Shown in pieces: positions 35,044-44,192 of a DNA stretch of 64,000 nucleotides. Every line of letters begins with the position of its first letter. Position 1 is the stretch's first letter. A program made the position numbers and the translations under genes. Below the pieces are notes generated by a model. That model was given only the letters and a program-made list of their open reading frames with translations. It ran no database searches and was not told the origin of the DNA. Origin of the DNA: Candidatus Poribacteria bacterium (lineage in GTDB: Bacteria > Poribacteria > WGA-4E > WGA-3G). The stretch covers positions 5,786-69,785 of the forward strand of contig JAJECK010000016.1 of NCBI GenBank assembly GCA_022822085.1. Reading direction: 5' to 3'.

Positions 35044-36417
35044 TTATTTACGTTTTAAATCTGCCCACAAGACAATTCGTTTTCCAGGTTGTGATACAGC
35101 AAATGGACCAATCCGAGCAGTTTGTTCACGCGCACCCATTCCTTCGGCTGGACTATTTGGCTGAAGTGTAAAATCACCAGCGTCTGTATTAACAAACAGA
35201 GGGTCTTCATCAATGTTTTTCACATAGATAAACTTGTCCCCATCAGCAACCAGGCCAATCCCATCAAGCCCATCACCAATATCACATGATTTAATGACTA
35301 TACCCCTACCCAGAACGAAAACTTCTGCATGCGAAACATTTGATGAATTTCCCCAAACTATAGAATCGGTTAAGTTAAAGCGATTTCTGGGGATAATAGG
35401 ATCTCTGTGGGCAATAGCAGAAATCCCACCACCAAGAGTGCCAGCTGTGTTTTCCGTAATTGTACAACGCTTGATATTTACCGCTCCTAAGATCGCCTCA
35501 CACCGAATCCCTCCACCAGAGTATATTGCCCTATTTTGTGCAATTACACAGTCAGTAACCCAAATCTCTGAGTTATAATTACAGCGAATTCCGCCACCAT
35601 TTCTGGCTGTATTCCGTACAATGATCGAATTCTCAATTTTCAAAACAGTATCTTCCCAAGCTTCTAAGCCGCTACCAGCATTGTGTTCTATTCGACAATT
35701 GGTAATAGGTTTGTTTGTGCGGGCATAAGAGTAAAAAATACCGCGAGCACTGTTGTGAGAAACAACACACTTATCAATAATCGGATCTACATCGTGCATA
35801 CAGTAAACTCCATTCCCTGTATTCTCAGTAATCGTGCTATTTTTAAGTGTGGGTTGTGCTGGAGTTTCTTTCAAGACAACGCCTTTATGTTCGGTATTTC
35901 CCATAATGAAAATACCGCCACCAAAATTGCGTGTAATTGTGCAGTCTGTTATGATTAGATCGGAATTATGGCAAAAGATTCCACCACCACCGCCACCCAT
36001 AGATTGGTTACTGTCAATCGTACAGTTTTTAATTGTCGGTGAAGCATGCACAAGGTAGATTCCACCGCCAAATCTCTGGTTCCCATTTTTAATTGTAAAT
36101 CCATCTAACACCGATTCAACTGTTTCATCATTTTGAAAACTAAATCCTCTGGTTTCAAGTTTTTTCTCACAGTCAATAATCGTTGCCTGAGCACCATTGC
36201 GAGATTTAAGAGTTATTCGTTTTCCCTTAAAATCCAGATTCACATTTCCTTCGCCTTTGTAGATACCATCATCTACTAATACGGTGTCACTATTTTGAGC
36301 GGTGTCAATGCCAGCTTGAATTGTCGGTTGATCAGCAGGGACATTGATCGTTGCTGCAAAAGTAAGCGGACTGAAAAAGGAAACCAATACGATGCATAAT
36401 GTATTGATATACTTCAT
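35044..36417 (-). CDS. Secreted right-handed parallel beta-helix repeat protein (paralogue 2)
   Basis: MKYINTLCIVLVSFFSPLTFAATINVPADQPTIQAGIDTAQN... The start is taken at the Met at 36417, because the track start at 36525 overlaps lepA. PbH1-like rungs. It ends in GKRIVLWADLKRK. Confidence 0.7.
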   Translation of the reverse strand: MKYINTLCIVLVSFFSPLTFAATINVPADQPTIQAGIDTAQNSDTVLVDDGIYKGEGNVNLDFKGKRITLKSRNGAQATIIDCEKKLETRGFSFQNDETVESVLDGFTIKNGNQRFGGGIYLVHASPTIKNCTIDSNQSMGGGGGGIFCHNSDLIITDCTITRNFGGGIFIMGNTEHKGVVLKETPAQPTLKNSTITENTGNGVYCMHDVDPIIDKCVVSHNSARGIFYSYARTNKPITNCRIEHNAGSGLEAWEDTVLKIENSIIVRNTARNGGGIRCNYNSEIWVTDCVIAQNRAIYSGGGIRCEAILGAVNIKRCTITENTAGTLGGGISAIAHRDPIIPRNRFNLTDSIVWGNSSNVSHAEVFVLGRGIVIKSCDIGDGLDGIGLVADGDKFIYVKNIDEDPLFVNTDAGDFTLQPNSPAEGMGAREQTARIGPFAVSQPGKRIVLWADLKRK

Positions 36418-36466
36418 GATTGTCCTCCTATAAAATGGATTAGTCCTTATATCTGATATATGTATG

Positions 36467-38272
36467 TTACTCATCCGTTGCAAGCATTGCTGTGAATGCT
36501 TCTTGCGGTACATCAACATTCCCAATCTGTTTGAGACGCTTTTTACCTTCCTTCTGCCTTTCTAACAATTTCCGTTTTCTTGTAATATCACCACCGTAGC
36601 ATTTTGCAGTCACATTTTTTCGTAGGGGTCTGACCGACTCACGCGCAACAATCTTAGTCCCAATCGCAGCTTGAATTGGTATTTCAAACATCTGTCTGGG
36701 TATCAACTCTTTCAGTTTAGACACTAAACTTTTCCCACGGTCTTCAGCCATTTCGCGTGGCAGGATAGTTGATAGCGCGTCTACAGGTTTTCCCATCAAA
36801 AGCACATCTAACTTAACCAGTTTCTCTGGTCTATATTCCCCGATATCATATTCAAGTGAAGCATATCCGCGGGTGAGCGACTTTAATTTTGGGTAAAAAT
36901 CTACAAGCATCTCACTAAGCGGTAAATCATAAAGGAGTTGCACACGGCTAACATCTAATTGGTTCATCCGTTTATATACACCCCGTCGCTTCTGACAAAG
37001 TTCCATCGCATTTCCGATATATTCCCGCGGAACGATTATATCAATATTGACATACGGTTCTTCTATTCGTTCTATGTTTTGGACTTCAGGCAGATGTGCC
37101 GGATTGTCCACTAACACATCATCACCTGATTTGAGAAAAACCCGATACATCACACTGGGGGCAGTCCGAACAAGCGAGAGCTCAAATTCCCTTTCAAGAC
37201 GTTCATGGACAATTTCCATGTGTAGCAGCCCTAAGAAGCCGCATCGAAACCCGAACCCAAGGGCAACAGATGTCTCCGGTTCAAAAGTGAAAGAGGAATC
37301 ATTGAGACGTAGTTTTTCCAGTGCTTCCCTAAGTGCATGAAATTGGTTTGTATCCGCAGGATACAGACCACTAAATACAAGCGGCTTTATCTCTTGATAG
37401 CCTGGAAGTGGTGTGGACGTAGGATGCAGATGATGCGTAATCGTATCGCCAATTTTAGCATTGTTAATGTCGCGAATACCTGCAATTAGATATCCGACCG
37501 CACCTGTTTTGAGTTCCGTAGTGGGCTGCATCTGTGGCGTAAAAATACCGACTTCTTCAACTTCATAAGACCGTTTGGTCTGCATGAGTTGAATCTTATC
37601 ACCCGGGGCGATGCTACCGTCAAAAATACGAGTGTAAATAATCACACCACGATAATTATTGTAAATAGAATCAAGCACAAGTGCTTTTAAAGGGGCTGCA
37701 GAGTCGCCAGCAGGTGCGGGGATCCGTTGGACGATTGACTCTAAAATTGCTGGGATGCCCGTCCCTGCTTTCGCACTGACAAGAAGGGCATCCGCTGCAG
37801 GTAGACCTACCACCTCCTCTATCTGACGTTTGACTTCATCAGGTTGCGCAGCTGGCAGGTCAATTTTGTTAATTACAGGGATAATTTCCAGTTCATTTTC
37901 TATTGCAAGATAGGCGTTTGCCAAGGTTTGCGCTTCAACGCCTTGTGCTGCATCAACAATAAGGATAGCACCTTCACACGCCGCAAGACTTCGGGACACC
38001 TCATAAGTGAAATCTACATGTCCTGGTGTATCAATCAAATTGAGTTCATAGTCATTTTCATCCGCAGCACGATAATGGAGTTTGACCGCGGTAGCTTTTA
38101 TAGTGATACCGCGTTCCCGTTCCAAATCCATTAAATCCAGCACTTGTTCACGCATCTCCCTTTCAGCAAGCGTATTTGTCCGTTCTAAGAGGCGATCACT
38201 TAATGTGCTTTTGCCGTGGTCAATGTGTCCTAAAATACAGAAATTGCGAATATTATGAAGTGTAACTGACAT
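36467..38272 (-). CDS. lepA: Translation elongation factor 4
   Basis: [36 protein letters not shown], and a LepA-specific C-terminal domain. Size is 601 aa. Confidence 0.95.
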   Translation of the reverse strand: MSVTLHNIRNFCILGHIDHGKSTLSDRLLERTNTLAEREMREQVLDLMDLERERGITIKATAVKLHYRAADENDYELNLIDTPGHVDFTYEVSRSLAACEGAILIVDAAQGVEAQTLANAYLAIENELEIIPVINKIDLPAAQPDEVKRQIEEVVGLPAADALLVSAKAGTGIPAILESIVQRIPAPAGDSAAPLKALVLDSIYNNYRGVIIYTRIFDGSIAPGDKIQLMQTKRSYEVEEVGIFTPQMQPTTELKTGAVGYLIAGIRDINNAKIGDTITHHLHPTSTPLPGYQEIKPLVFSGLYPADTNQFHALREALEKLRLNDSSFTFEPETSVALGFGFRCGFLGLLHMEIVHERLEREFELSLVRTAPSVMYRVFLKSGDDVLVDNPAHLPEVQNIERIEEPYVNIDIIVPREYIGNAMELCQKRRGVYKRMNQLDVSRVQLLYDLPLSEMLVDFYPKLKSLTRGYASLEYDIGEYRPEKLVKLDVLLMGKPVDALSTILPREMAEDRGKSLVSKLKELIPRQMFEIPIQAAIGTKIVARESVRPLRKNVTAKCYGGDITRKRKLLERQKEGKKRLKQIGNVDVPQEAFTAMLATDE

Positions 38273-38378
38273 GATATAAATATTATACTACATTTCATGC
38301 AAATTTTCCATAAAAATGATAGTGCAAAATCGTTGCTAACAACATAGAGGCACGAAAATACGCACCTCTATCTGCATT

Positions 38379-38981
38379 CTACAACGCTTTTACCTTTATA
38401 TTGCGAAACCAAAGTTTTCCACCATGATCTTGAAGACCGATATGTCCTTTGCGTGGAAAATCTTTGAGAGCGATACCGAATTTGTTCCTACTACCATCAG
38501 GATTTTTATGAGGTGTGTCCCACTCATCTAAATCTGCCCGAACAATTTCTTCACCGTTCATCTCAACTACAACGAGACTTCCATCGCAAGTGATAATCAT
38601 CTCGTTCCATTCACCTGCAGGTTTGCAAACATTGCGTGTCGGTTCTAACGCATCATAGAGTGCACCACAACAGTGTTTCGTAGCGGGGTCTTTGCCGTGC
38701 GTGTCTAAAATCTGGATTTCAAGTCCTGTCTGCACGGGACGTTGTAAATCTTCCCAACGAATAAAGACACCGCTATTTACTTTCGGTTCACTCATATACT
38801 CTAACGACAAAACAAAGTTGTCAAATTGCTCTTCTGAATAGAGCATCTGACCACCTTTGACAGTGCAGAGAATAGCACCATCATCAACAACCCAACCTTC
38901 TTCTTTACCAGTAGCACCCCAACCGTTTAGTGTTTCACCATCAAAGAGGGATATCCAACCATTATTCTGTTCTGCTGCCAT
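38379..38981 (-). CDS. DUF1080 (3-keto-disaccharide hydrolase-like) domain protein
   Basis: GWISLFDGETLNGW near the N-terminus and ...HGGKLWFRNIKVKAL at the C-terminus are the typical DUF1080 boundaries. Confidence 0.7.
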   Translation of the reverse strand: MAAEQNNGWISLFDGETLNGWGATGKEEGWVVDDGAILCTVKGGQMLYSEEQFDNFVLSLEYMSEPKVNSGVFIRWEDLQRPVQTGLEIQILDTHGKDPATKHCCGALYDALEPTRNVCKPAGEWNEMIITCDGSLVVVEMNGEEIVRADLDEWDTPHKNPDGSRNKFGIALKDFPRKGHIGLQDHGGKLWFRNIKVKAL

Positions 38982-39014
38982 ATTTATATTTCCTTTCTCA
39001 AAGTGTAATACGAT

Positions 39015-40157
39015 CTAACGCAAACTTTCCAAAAAAAGCCTGCCTACATCAAGGTTATATTCAAAATCTGATGCCGACCAGGGACTATTATAACCAATAA
39101 TCGGCACATAACTTTCGTGACGCGAACCGTGTGAACGTACTGAAATCGATTCTGATGCCACTTCCAATTCACCAAAAACTGTGTCTTTGTCTGCCAAAAC
39201 AAAAACATCACCAATCCTGTTAGGATGAAGTTGAAATATACGCGCTGCGTCTTCAGCAGCATACACCTCCTCAATACCAGAAGTATCTAATAGAAACTGA
39301 ACAGCAGAATCTAAATCATCTCTGTTTTTAAGAAATATGTATGCTGCCCCACCTAAGTTGCCATGATGTGCAACATATCTATCCTTAATTATTGGAATTG
39401 AGTCTGCAAGTATTCCGTTTTCAGTTAGTATTCGTCCAGGATCAAGTGCAAACGATTTATCCAACATACCGTGATCTGCAGTAATATATATCTCGCGTTC
39501 TGGGTCATCATCAACTATCTCACCGATAATGCGATCAAGTTCAGCCATGTGTTTCTGTGACATCTCTGCTTCTGGGGCAAACTTGTGCTGCACCCAATCC
39601 GTTGTTGAGCAGTACACAAACTGTGGATCGTGTGTCCGTAAAGTCCAATGAACTGCTCGTAACAACCACCAGTTGATTTCAATAGAATAAATCGGTTCGG
39701 CAGGACCTATTTCATCAATATATTCAGATGGTGGTGCTTCAGCAGCAACAGCAATATCAGTGCCACCTTCTAACATCTTCAACAACTTCTGCTTTGTCAC
39801 GAACAACGCAGTTTTATCGGCAAATTTGGTTTTTTTTGAAATCTCAAATAGTGTTGGTGTCAATAAGAAACGGTTGTCCTCAATAAATTCACCTTTTCCT
39901 GTTTTTCTATCAACATAATAATTTGATGTAATACCGTGTTTCTTAGGAAATGTGCCAGTCGCAATACTCACATTATTGACATTTGTCACTGATGGAATAA
40001 CAGCATTTACGTCCTGATAAAATCCTTCATCAGCTAATTTTCTGATATTCGGGATGTCGCTTGCTGCCAAGTAATCATGACTGCCAGCATCAATACAGAG
40101 TATTAAAATTTTTCGTCTATTCACATTTCCATACGCTTTACCAATCCAAAATTGCAA
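39015..40157 (-). CDS. Alkaline-phosphatase-superfamily enzyme (nucleotide pyrophosphatase/phosphodiesterase or phosphonoacetate-hydrolase-like)
   Basis: Metal/nucleophile motifs: ILCIDAGSHDY, IPSVTNVNNVSIATG (Thr nucleophile context) and ITADHGM. Confidence 0.6.
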   Translation of the reverse strand: MQFWIGKAYGNVNRRKILILCIDAGSHDYLAASDIPNIRKLADEGFYQDVNAVIPSVTNVNNVSIATGTFPKKHGITSNYYVDRKTGKGEFIEDNRFLLTPTLFEISKKTKFADKTALFVTKQKLLKMLEGGTDIAVAAEAPPSEYIDEIGPAEPIYSIEINWWLLRAVHWTLRTHDPQFVYCSTTDWVQHKFAPEAEMSQKHMAELDRIIGEIVDDDPEREIYITADHGMLDKSFALDPGRILTENGILADSIPIIKDRYVAHHGNLGGAAYIFLKNRDDLDSAVQFLLDTSGIEEVYAAEDAARIFQLHPNRIGDVFVLADKDTVFGELEVASESISVRSHGSRHESYVPIIGYNSPWSASDFEYNLDVGRLFLESLR

Positions 40158-40470
40158 CGAAGATTATAGCATATATTAGTTTTTTCTACCATTTTTTTAA
40201 TCATAGATATGCATGGCCATTCTTAGGTGCATTTTCAGTAGCGATTGTTTGGTACAGAATCGTGGATTAATGAGTTAGATACAGCATAATTACGTTCGAA
40301 TTGATAGGGTTTTCCTTAACATTGGTACTTTTTTATTAGACTCATAATCCGCGCAATCTATGTAATTTTTGCTAATCCGCGATTCAGAAACAGAACCTAA
40401 TGCACAACGCTTGACATCTCCCACCAATTCATGATAACCTATACTGCAGAAACAAACAGCAGAGGAGAAC

Positions 40471-41577
40471 ATGCAAACAGACACCAAAATACTAACCGAA
40501 GAAGAAATCAGAAGGTTATTTAGAACGGATATTGGACATTTTGAAGATAAAAGTGCGAGATTACTTTTTAAACAGACAGAACACTTACGAGGTTTAGTGA
40601 TGTTCCTTGTAAGTAACATTGCAGAACATCTTGATTTCTCACAGGCAAAGGTAGAAAATCGGAGTTATATTGACAATTCATTACGAGATTTGATGTCGGA
40701 TATCGTGTTTTCTGTCCCGTTCCGAGACGACACTCAAACAGACGATCTGACAATCTACATCCTCATAGAACATCAGTCCACTGTAGATCGAATGATGGGT
40801 TTTCGGTTTCTCTCCTATATGTGTCAAATATGGAGAGATCAGTTACATGCGTTAGATAACGCGAAAGTGCCATTAAACCAGCAACGCTTGCGTCCGATAC
40901 TCCCGATTGTCTTTTATACTGGAGAAAGACCTTGGAAAATCCCGCTAACACTCAATGCAGTGATGGATCTACCTGAGATGATGACACCTTTCGTGCCAAC
41001 ATTTGAGACCCTCTTTTTCGGGGTCAAGGATACCGATATAGACGAGTTCGGACAACACAATCACCCTTTCGGATGGTTGATGGCGGTCACACAAAAGGCT
41101 GAATCGGATGATAAGTCGCTTGAGCAAACATTGGCAGAAGTTCTCAAAAGACTGGACACGTTATCACCCGAAGATGAAGCACTACACACTCACGCTATGG
41201 TCTATCTCTCTCATCTGATAATAGGTAAAAGACCAGATTCCGAGAATGACCATTTGATACAACTCATCATGACACATAATAAAGATACGGAGGTTGAAAG
41301 TATTATTATGACTGGTGCAGAAGCTCTTATACAACAAGGAAAGAAACAAGGTCTTGAACAAGGTCTTGAACAAGGTCTTGAACAAGGTAAAATAGACGAA
41401 AAACAGGCAGCCGTGCTTAGATTGATGCGGCTACGTTTTACGGAAGTTTCAGAAGCGGTTGTCAATGAGATAAATAGAATAGAAGACTTCTCGCTTCTTG
41501 ACACGCTTTTTGAAGAAGTTTTCAATGCTGAAACTATAGAGGACATTGTTCTGCCGAACAAAAATAACGGTGCATAA
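40471..41577 (+). CDS. Rpn-family recombination-promoting nuclease / putative transposase (PD-(D/E)XK, YhgA-like) with a DUF4351-like C-terminus
   Basis: ..LRDLMSDIVFSVPFRDD....TIYILIEHQSTVDRMMGFRFLSYMCQIWRD.. is the core of YhgA-like proteins. The C-terminal AAVLRLMRLRFTEVSEAVVNEINRIEDFSLLDTLFEE resembles DUF4351. A (QGLE)x3 insertion is encoded by a 12-bp tandem repeat at 41347-41388. Confidence 0.7.
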   Translation: MQTDTKILTEEEIRRLFRTDIGHFEDKSARLLFKQTEHLRGLVMFLVSNIAEHLDFSQAKVENRSYIDNSLRDLMSDIVFSVPFRDDTQTDDLTIYILIEHQSTVDRMMGFRFLSYMCQIWRDQLHALDNAKVPLNQQRLRPILPIVFYTGERPWKIPLTLNAVMDLPEMMTPFVPTFETLFFGVKDTDIDEFGQHNHPFGWLMAVTQKAESDDKSLEQTLAEVLKRLDTLSPEDEALHTHAMVYLSHLIIGKRPDSENDHLIQLIMTHNKDTEVESIIMTGAEALIQQGKKQGLEQGLEQGLEQGKIDEKQAAVLRLMRLRFTEVSEAVVNEINRIEDFSLLDTLFEEVFNAETIEDIVLPNKNNGA

Positions 41578-41943
41578 TAACATAAGTTCGTTTTCTGTTT
41601 TGCCTTCGCTTGTCTAAACTTATATCAACTCTAATTACATTTATCTCGTTCTTTCGTAGGTCCAAATCAAAGGTATCAATGTCTTTTGCAAAATAAGCCA
41701 AATCAACGCTAAATGTGCTCTTGGCATTGGCACCTCTGACATTATCTGCGTTATCCGCGTAAACCGCAATTCAGACAAGAAAAGACTGAAAACCAAATAA
41801 ATCTTGAAATCATATTGACTATTTTATACCATTTCTAATTGAAAATGTCGCTTTATTGTAGCACATTCTTCCAGATTGTGCCGTTCCACGCTTCATTTCT
41901 AAACAGCCGGTAATGAGAGAAAAACTAATAGAAATGGTATTAT

Positions 41944-43041
41944 CTACGGGCAAATCGCAACGCGAATGGTGTCCTGTCTAAACGCTGCCTCAAAGGCAGC
42001 ATTAATTTTTGATAACGGATATGTTTGACCGATCAATTCTGAAAACGGATACTTCATCCGATTGTTTTCAATAAAACTTAAAGCGGACTTCAACACATGT
42101 GGATGATAATTATGAACACCTTTGAGACTAATACATTTGGTTACCAATTGATGTAAATTCAGAGGCACACTGTCCAATGGATAAACATATCCGAGTGTCA
42201 CACACCTACCCCCTATCGTTAACCATCCACACAGATTAGGCAATGCGGACGGGGCACCACTGACTTCAACACCGAGGTCTACTCCATAACCATGCGTAGT
42301 TTCTTTCAAGATAGTCCCAATTTCCTCAGTAGATACTGTATCCGCATTAAAGGTATGTGTTGCTCCAAACTGTTTGGCAATCTGTAGACGTGATTCATTC
42401 TTGTCTACAATTGCGACTACTTTGTAACCTTCCTCTCGTAGAAAACATGCAGCATAGAGACCTAACATGCCTGCACCGTGGATAACTGCAGTTTCACCAG
42501 AACGAGTTCCTATTTGCTGTAGACCGTTTACCACTGTTGACAAAGCACAATTTATCGGGACTGCTTCTGCATCGTTTATTGAATCAGGAATATGATAAAT
42601 AGTTGTTCCTTTTCGTAGCTTAATGTGCGTTGCAAAACCACCTGTTAGAACATTCTCACCCACTCCCTGAGCATGTCCATATTTGAACATTGTTTGGCAT
42701 TTCTGAGGAAGGTTTTTGTTTTCACAGTAATGGCATCCACCACATGAAGTCGTCAAACTCCAGGCAATTCTGTCTCCAATCCCCAGTGGTTTTCCATCTA
42801 CAGAACAGATATCTGTCCGATCCGCCACAGTCCCAATGACTTCATGTCCAAGCACACACGGCACTTCAGCACCACGTCTTCCAGATACAGTATGAAGATC
42901 AGAACCGCAGATTGTCGCTAATGACACTTTTACCAATACCGTGTTTGCAGTATTCGTTATCGGCACTTCGCATAGCTCAAAAGGCATACCAACACCTTTA
43001 AATAGTGCAACTTGGGCAACGCCATCACTGTTTTCTGACAT
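41944..43041 (-). CDS. Zinc-dependent medium-chain dehydrogenase/reductase (alcohol dehydrogenase family)
   Basis: CGSDLHTVSGRR, GHEVIGTV, the structural-zinc Cys cluster CGGCHYCENKNLPQKC, and GAGMLGL Rossmann motif. The start is taken at the Met at 43041, because the longer track ORF runs into the MITE-like repeat. Confidence 0.75.
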   Translation of the reverse strand: MSENSDGVAQVALFKGVGMPFELCEVPITNTANTVLVKVSLATICGSDLHTVSGRRGAEVPCVLGHEVIGTVADRTDICSVDGKPLGIGDRIAWSLTTSCGGCHYCENKNLPQKCQTMFKYGHAQGVGENVLTGGFATHIKLRKGTTIYHIPDSINDAEAVPINCALSTVVNGLQQIGTRSGETAVIHGAGMLGLYAACFLREEGYKVVAIVDKNESRLQIAKQFGATHTFNADTVSTEEIGTILKETTHGYGVDLGVEVSGAPSALPNLCGWLTIGGRCVTLGYVYPLDSVPLNLHQLVTKCISLKGVHNYHPHVLKSALSFIENNRMKYPFSELIGQTYPLSKINAAFEAAFRQDTIRVAICP

Positions 43042-43062
43042 AAACTCACTCACATAAATTAA

Positions 43063-43213
43063 TATAGTAAAAACCACAATTACCTGGACATTGGCGAGGT
43101 TAGGAAGAAATCAACGGGACCAATGCCATTTAGGCATTCCCCGCCTCGCCAGCGCGAGTATGTGGGGATTGTTGTTCATTGAAATGTGAACATATTTTCG
43201 GATTGGACTATAA
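43063..43213. mobile_element. MITE-like structured intergenic repeat, copy 2 (~151 bp form)
   Basis: It has the same termini as copy 1. The central hairpin loop is expanded by an insert carrying a sub-hairpin AATGCC-ATTTA-GGCATT. Confidence 0.6.
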
Positions 43214-43244
43214 TGTAATATCTAAAGATTATGCAACATTTTTC

Positions 43245-43273
43245 TTGCCACGTCAAGTGTTATTTCGTATAAT
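43245..43273 (+). promoter_or_regulatory. Sigma70-type promoter upstream of argB
   Basis: TTGCCA (43245-43250), a 17-nt spacer, then TATAAT (43268-43273). It lies 38 nt upstream of the argB ATG. Confidence 0.5.
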
Positions 43274-43310
43274 AATTTCAAGAAATACCACCGAAAGGAT
43301 TCACAGAAAT

Positions 43311-44189
43311 ATGAGCAAAACTGCTGACGTTCTTATTGAAGCATTACCGTATATCCGCCGGTTTCACAATAGACGAATTGTAATAAAATATGGTGGTGCT
43401 GCGATGGAAGAGGACGCTCTTATACATTCAGTGATGGAAGACATCGTCCTGATGAAATATGTAGGGATGCGTCCTATTGTTGTTCATGGCGGTGGGCCGA
43501 AAATCAATACATGGATGGATAAAGCGGGAAAAGAAACAGAATTTGTTAAAGGTTTACGCGTTACCGATGCCGAAACCGTTGAAATTGCAGAGATGGTGCT
43601 CGCGGGTTCAATTAACAAAGGTATCGTAGCAAAAATCAATCAACACGGTGGACAGGCGATAGGTATTTGTGGAAAAGATGCCAATATGATTGTGGCAGAG
43701 AAACATACGCCTACTTTCATAGATGACGATGGAAAGGAAACTGAAGTAGACATCGGTTTTGTCGGTAGTGTCATTGGTGTCAATACGCAACCAATTATTA
43801 CACTTGATGAGGCAGGATATATTCCAGTTATTGCCCCAAATGGGACAGGTGTTGACGGACAAACCTATAATATCAATGCGGACACAATGGCAGGAGAAAT
43901 CGCCTCCGCACTTCAAGCCGAAAAACTTATCCTTTTGACAGATACAATCGGCATCTGTCAAAATGTTGAAGACATCACTACACTCATATCAACAATTCAA
44001 ATGCGAGAAATAGAAACGTACATAAACGACGGTATCATTACGGGTGGTATGCTTCCAAAAATAGAAGCATGTGAGAGAGCACTCCTCGGTGGTGTAGCAA
44101 AAACACATATTATAGATGGCAGAATCCCGCATTCGCTCCTACTTGAGGTACTTACCGAAGGTGGTATCGGCACTGAAATTATCAGATAA
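43311..44189 (+). CDS. argB: Acetylglutamate kinase
   Basis: MSKTADVLIEALPYIRRFHNRRIVIKYGGAAM...VVHGGGPKI...KGLRVTD...INADT.AGEIA... Start taken at the Met at 43311. Confidence 0.9.
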   Translation: MSKTADVLIEALPYIRRFHNRRIVIKYGGAAMEEDALIHSVMEDIVLMKYVGMRPIVVHGGGPKINTWMDKAGKETEFVKGLRVTDAETVEIAEMVLAGSINKGIVAKINQHGGQAIGICGKDANMIVAEKHTPTFIDDDGKETEVDIGFVGSVIGVNTQPIITLDEAGYIPVIAPNGTGVDGQTYNINADTMAGEIASALQAEKLILLTDTIGICQNVEDITTLISTIQMREIETYINDGIITGGMLPKIEACERALLGGVAKTHIIDGRIPHSLLLEVLTEGGIGTEIIR

Positions 44190-44192
44190 TGG

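Noticed and set aside
38344-38371. Hairpin ATAGAGG...CCTCTAT downstream of the DUF1080 gene, considered as a rho-independent terminator
   Set aside because: On the transcribed (minus) strand no convincing U-run follows it. It carries the dispersed AGGCACGAAA motif, so it is better grouped with that repeat family. A terminator role is not excluded.
40471-41577. The Rpn-family gene as evidence of an active IS element or transposon
   Set aside because: I found no terminal inverted repeats or target-site duplication around it. Rpn/YhgA-like genes are commonly chromosomal and stand-alone. Only weak direct motifs flank it.
41578-41943. A 366-bp gap between convergent genes, examined for a small ORF, an sRNA or a gene remnant
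   Set aside because: The minus-strand reading gives only a short, stop-interrupted peptide-like stretch with no recognisable motif. I saw no clear promoter-terminator pair. There is not enough evidence to call a feature.
43042-43310. Extended N-termini of the ADH (to 43077) and argB (from 43179) ORFs, and similarly WD40 member 1 from 53976 and member 3 from 58159
   Set aside because: The extensions run through the MITE-like repeat, the hairpin-rich spacers or the preceding gene's stop region. Internal Mets with an RBS and native-looking N-termini (signal peptides, or the ArgB MSKTADVL...) are better starts.
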